DNA of 64,000 nucleotides from Candidatus Heimdallarchaeota archaeon (GTDB lineage Archaea; Asgardarchaeota; Heimdallarchaeia; Hodarchaeales; Hodarchaeaceae): NCBI GenBank assembly GCA_011364965.1, contig RDOB01000008.1, positions 55,468 to 119,467 of the forward strand, read 5' to 3'. Shown piece by piece: positions 60,705 to 64,000 of this stretch (position 1 is its first letter; each line of letters starts with the position of its first letter). The notes under the pieces were generated by a model. It saw only the letters and a program-made list of their open reading frames with translations, ran no database searches and was not told where the DNA came from. The position numbers and the translations under genes were made by a program.

Positions 60705-60833
60705 TGTAAGAAATGTCCCAACTTCTCCTGTCCAATGAGTAAAATCCCAGATGAGTTAATGACTACCATTCTGAATAAAAACCCGGTTTTAAAAGAACTC
60801 TGGGAGGAATCAGGGTTGATAACGAGGCAATAA
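60705..60833 (+). pseudogene. C-terminal fragment of a decayed gene with a Cys motif
   Basis: Reads CKKCPNFSCPMSKIPDELMTTILNKNPVLKELWEESGLITRQ*; in-frame stops just upstream; only an internal ATG after the Cys motif. Confidence 0.4.
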
Positions 60834-60989
60834 AAAAGATAAGCCTTTAAAGCTCCTTAAAAGTGAATGGAAAAGCGAAGTCTAAAGAAGATCCCTTCGG
60901 AATGAATCAGTAACTAACCCACTGCACAGGTAATAGAATAAACTCAACATCAGATGATATACCAAATATAAAAGGGCAGGAAATACTTA

Positions 60990-61778
60990 ATGAAAATCCA
61001 TCTGATATCACGAAACGACCACGATTTACTCAAACGTTGCTATGAACTTGCTCGAAAGAATCTTTATGAGAATCTTGTGTTGATCGGTGATTTATTTCCT
61101 CCATGCGTAAATCAATCTGATATTTTTGGTGTGTTCGAGGGAAGTGAGCTCCTATCCTGTTTCACGGTATTTAACGGATTTCAAATCCCCTCAGTAGTGA
61201 TATTACACACATCTGAGGTCATTCTAGAGTTAACAATGACTTATCTGTCTCAAATCCTTCCTAAAGAGTTTGTGTTGGTTTCTTCTATGATTGATGCAAC
61301 TTCAATCAAGCAACATTTCTCTCTCCATAACAAAAGCGTGGAATGTTGCATGATAACCGATAGGAACTCTGCACTCTTTCGAGCATCAGATTATTCCTTC
61401 ACCAATGCTTCCCATGAGGATCTAAATCGTATAGATACATTCTATAAAGATAATAATACTTTTCCTTGGAATCCTATTCAACTAGAAAGCCAATTCTACT
61501 TTTTTAAAGAAAGGAAAACCAAGATCATTGCTTGTGGAGGTACTCATTTTGAAACTCCTAAATTAGCCCATTTAGGTAATATTTTGGTTCTCCCGGAATA
61601 CAGGAGACAATCGATTGGAGAAAACCTAGTATCAACAATTGGTACAGAGATCCTCAAAAAGAAGGAAAAAATCTCGTTATTTGTTGTCGAAGATAATTTC
61701 CCTGCCATCCACCTTTATCACAAACTGGGATTTACTTACAAAAATAATTTCACAATATATTCTTGCTCTCTTAGCTAA
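60990..61778 (+). CDS. GNAT acetyltransferase (C-terminal GNAT domain)
   Basis: LGNILVLPEYRRQSIG, NFPAIHLYHKLGF. Confidence 0.9.
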   Translation: MKIHLISRNDHDLLKRCYELARKNLYENLVLIGDLFPPCVNQSDIFGVFEGSELLSCFTVFNGFQIPSVVILHTSEVILELTMTYLSQILPKEFVLVSSMIDATSIKQHFSLHNKSVECCMITDRNSALFRASDYSFTNASHEDLNRIDTFYKDNNTFPWNPIQLESQFYFFKERKTKIIACGGTHFETPKLAHLGNILVLPEYRRQSIGENLVSTIGTEILKKKEKISLFVVEDNFPAIHLYHKLGFTYKNNFTIYSCSLS

Positions 61779-61925
61779 GAAACTGTTAGAGCTGAGTATC
61801 TAACATTTGATAATATTTAGATTTTTGTATACACGAAGATAAAGTAGATATATTGTTCAGGAGATGTTAATTATCCATAAAAGAGGAAAAAAATTTTTAT
61901 GATTAATTAGCTACTAGTTTCATCT

Positions 61926-63095
61926 TTAACTAGTGATCTTTTGACTATCACGATTAACATTAATTTTACTATCTTTCCAGATTTTTACAACCCAGATACA
62001 GAAAGGTAGTACTATTAAAATCATCCAAAAAAAGAAGATACCATAAGCTTCGATTAAGTATTGGGTACCACGTCCAAAGAATGTAGCTGTAAAAATACGT
62101 GTTGCACTAGCAGTCGGCGAAAACTTGAAGATTTCCGAATTTGCCATAAATTCAAGTGGGTTTAACGCTCCACTTATAAACCACATTAGAAACGTGAAAA
62201 TAATTGTGGGAGCAGGAATCAATCTAAAATCTCCAACTTTAAAACCATAAAGAACACCTAATAAGCCAAATAATACAGTAAGACCAAGTGAAATGGTACC
62301 AAAGACAATAATACTTTCAAAATTAGGGAATGAAAAATTATAGAATATCATACTAATTATTAGTATGATCAATACATAGATGGAGGTTATCATTAATGTT
62401 GCAAGGAGTTTTCCTAATATTGAGAAGCTTGAACCATTATTGACCATCAATATTTCTTTCCAGGTGTTTTTATCTTTTTCTTCTGAACCTAATATTCCTC
62501 CATACAACATACTTACGAATATTGTAATAAAAACTAAAAGACCGCTTACCATATAATTAGATCGAGCTAATTCCTCTGTATACAATAATGTAGAATGAAT
62601 CATATAACCTGGTCTATCTCCAGTACTCAATTGATTATTTTGAATAAATTGATAGATTCGAGCTTCCAATCCTAACCGCAAATTTTTCGATAAATCTTCG
62701 TGAATATTATTAATTTTAACCTGAATTACAATTGGTTCATTATTACTGATGTTATAAGTAAATCCATCTGGGATTATTACAATAACAAATGTTTCTCGAT
62801 TTTGTAGCATCATTTCAGCAGCATCAAGATCATAAATGATCACTGAAAAATAAGGTATTGTTCCTTCACGAGATTCAAGACTAATAATTAACTTTTCAGT
62901 CCATGAACCGGATATTATGGGTTCATCTTGATTTACTACCACAACCTCCCAGGATAAATCTTCTGAAATTGTAAATGATTGAATAAATATAGTTGTAAAG
63001 AGTAAAGGAGAAATAAACCCAATAAAAATTAATATAGGATTCCTTTTCCATGATCTTAATGTTTTAATGCACTCGCCAAATATTTCTGAAATCAT
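61926..63095 (-). CDS. ABC-2 type permease
   Basis: VVVNQD, IIPDGF, EEKDKNTWKEI, FISGALNP; ATG at 63095 overlaps the upstream TGA (ATGA). Confidence 0.88.
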   Translation of the reverse strand: MISEIFGECIKTLRSWKRNPILIFIGFISPLLFTTIFIQSFTISEDLSWEVVVVNQDEPIISGSWTEKLIISLESREGTIPYFSVIIYDLDAAEMMLQNRETFVIVIIPDGFTYNISNNEPIVIQVKINNIHEDLSKNLRLGLEARIYQFIQNNQLSTGDRPGYMIHSTLLYTEELARSNYMVSGLLVFITIFVSMLYGGILGSEEKDKNTWKEILMVNNGSSFSILGKLLATLMITSIYVLIILIISMIFYNFSFPNFESIIVFGTISLGLTVLFGLLGVLYGFKVGDFRLIPAPTIIFTFLMWFISGALNPLEFMANSEIFKFSPTASATRIFTATFFGRGTQYLIEAYGIFFFWMILIVLPFCIWVVKIWKDSKINVNRDSQKITS

Positions 63096-64000
63096 CTCAT
63101 TTTTGCCTCCTTTACATAAAGCCATTGAGCGATCAGAAATGAAATTACTCCAAAACTAATAACAATAATAAAGTCAAAACTCAATGTAGCAATTGTATTC
63201 ATAAAAACAATATTAGTGAAGGACCGAAAATAATAAGTACTTGGCAGAAGTGAGGAAAGTAAATGAATAAGACCCACCCATACTTCAGCAGGCACTAAAC
63301 CACCTCCAATCCACCAACCGATCATATTGATAATCATAGTAGCAAGTGCAGCGGGAATTACTTGCTTAACCTTAACAGCAACAATAATACCTAAGCTGGA
63401 AAAGCTGATAATCCCAATAATAATCCAAAACCATAAATATATCAAATTACCAATTGGTAGAAAGCCAAATAGCAAATAATATCCTATATTCACAATTATA
63501 TAACAGAATACGGTTTGAATTCCACTTGTTAGTAATTTTGAAGTAATTACTTCTCTGGGAGAAGCACTCATTATTAATTCTTTCATAGTACCTTTTTCAA
63601 ATTCATGTGCTGTTATTGTAGCAGAGTTGATCCCCGAAGAAAAGACTATTGTGAAAGCTAAAACCCCTCCGAAAATATAATCAGTGAACTTAACATCAGG
63701 TTCAACTAAACCTTCAAATATTAGTCTTGGTGAGTAAAAGATGAATGTTCCTTGTTCTAAGTTATTATTGAATTTATTACACACATCTTGGACTCTTTGC
63801 AAAATATTTTTTGTCACATCATCATTAATATTATTGATGAGTACCTCAATATAAACGACTTCTCCCGCCTCAATAATGCCTGAGATATTAATAGGAATTC
63901 TAATTAGGCAAAGAATTTCTCCATTATAAAATTTTTGTTCTATTAATTCATTTGAACCTTCCATGATGGTAAACCATCTAAGTCCTGTTCCACTCGTCAT
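63092..64000 (-). CDS. ABC-2 type permease (5' part outside window)
   Basis: HEFEKGTMKEL, WIGGGLVP, LPSTY; ORF open to the window edge. Confidence 0.85.
   Translation of the reverse strand: MTSGTGLRWFTIMEGSNELIEQKFYNGEILCLIRIPINISGIIEAGEVVYIEVLINNINDDVTKNILQRVQDVCNKFNNNLEQGTFIFYSPRLIFEGLVEPDVKFTDYIFGGVLAFTIVFSSGINSATITAHEFEKGTMKELIMSASPREVITSKLLTSGIQTVFCYIIVNIGYYLLFGFLPIGNLIYLWFWIIIGIISFSSLGIIVAVKVKQVIPAALATMIINMIGWWIGGGLVPAEVWVGLIHLLSSLLPSTYYFRSFTNIVFMNTIATLSFDFIIVISFGVISFLIAQWLYVKEAKMR

Overview
AT-rich, gene-dense archaeal DNA, most likely from an Asgard archaeon, possibly Heimdallarchaeia/Hodarchaeales. This is inferred from the eukaryote-type E1/E2/JAMM/ubiquitin-like genes, a membrane protein with a longin-like tail, TrmB and UPF0282 genes, and TATA-type promoters. 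I saw no rRNA, tRNA, CRISPR array or intact transposase. (1) The left end (1-4655) holds a ubiquitin-like conjugation operon: two paralogous Ubls with acidic N-terminal tails and single-Gly STAG/STAG-Y ends, a Uba3-like E1, an E2 with two loop insertions, a CSN5-like JAMM protease and a multi-pass membrane ORF missed by the ORF track (it runs off the window). A tandem ribbon-helix-helix gene is divergent from it. (2) An orphan type VI secretion Hcp tube protein carries an apparent N-terminal signal or anchor and is co-oriented with a surface-anchored protein (35390-36702). (3) A 1467-aa single-pass protein has Ig-like repeats outside and a longin-like domain inside. (4) A possible phosphorus-scavenging region contains a DUF47-flanked ABC importer lacking a binding protein, a GlpT-type MFS and two LicC-like cytidylyltransferases, one fused to a putative DNA-binding domain. 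(5) Also present are a circularly permuted family-5 solute-binding protein, a STAY-GREEN homologue with a broken C-terminus and several pseudogene remnants. The remainder is ordinary transport and metabolic content. All family calls come from motif recognition by eye; no database searches were run.
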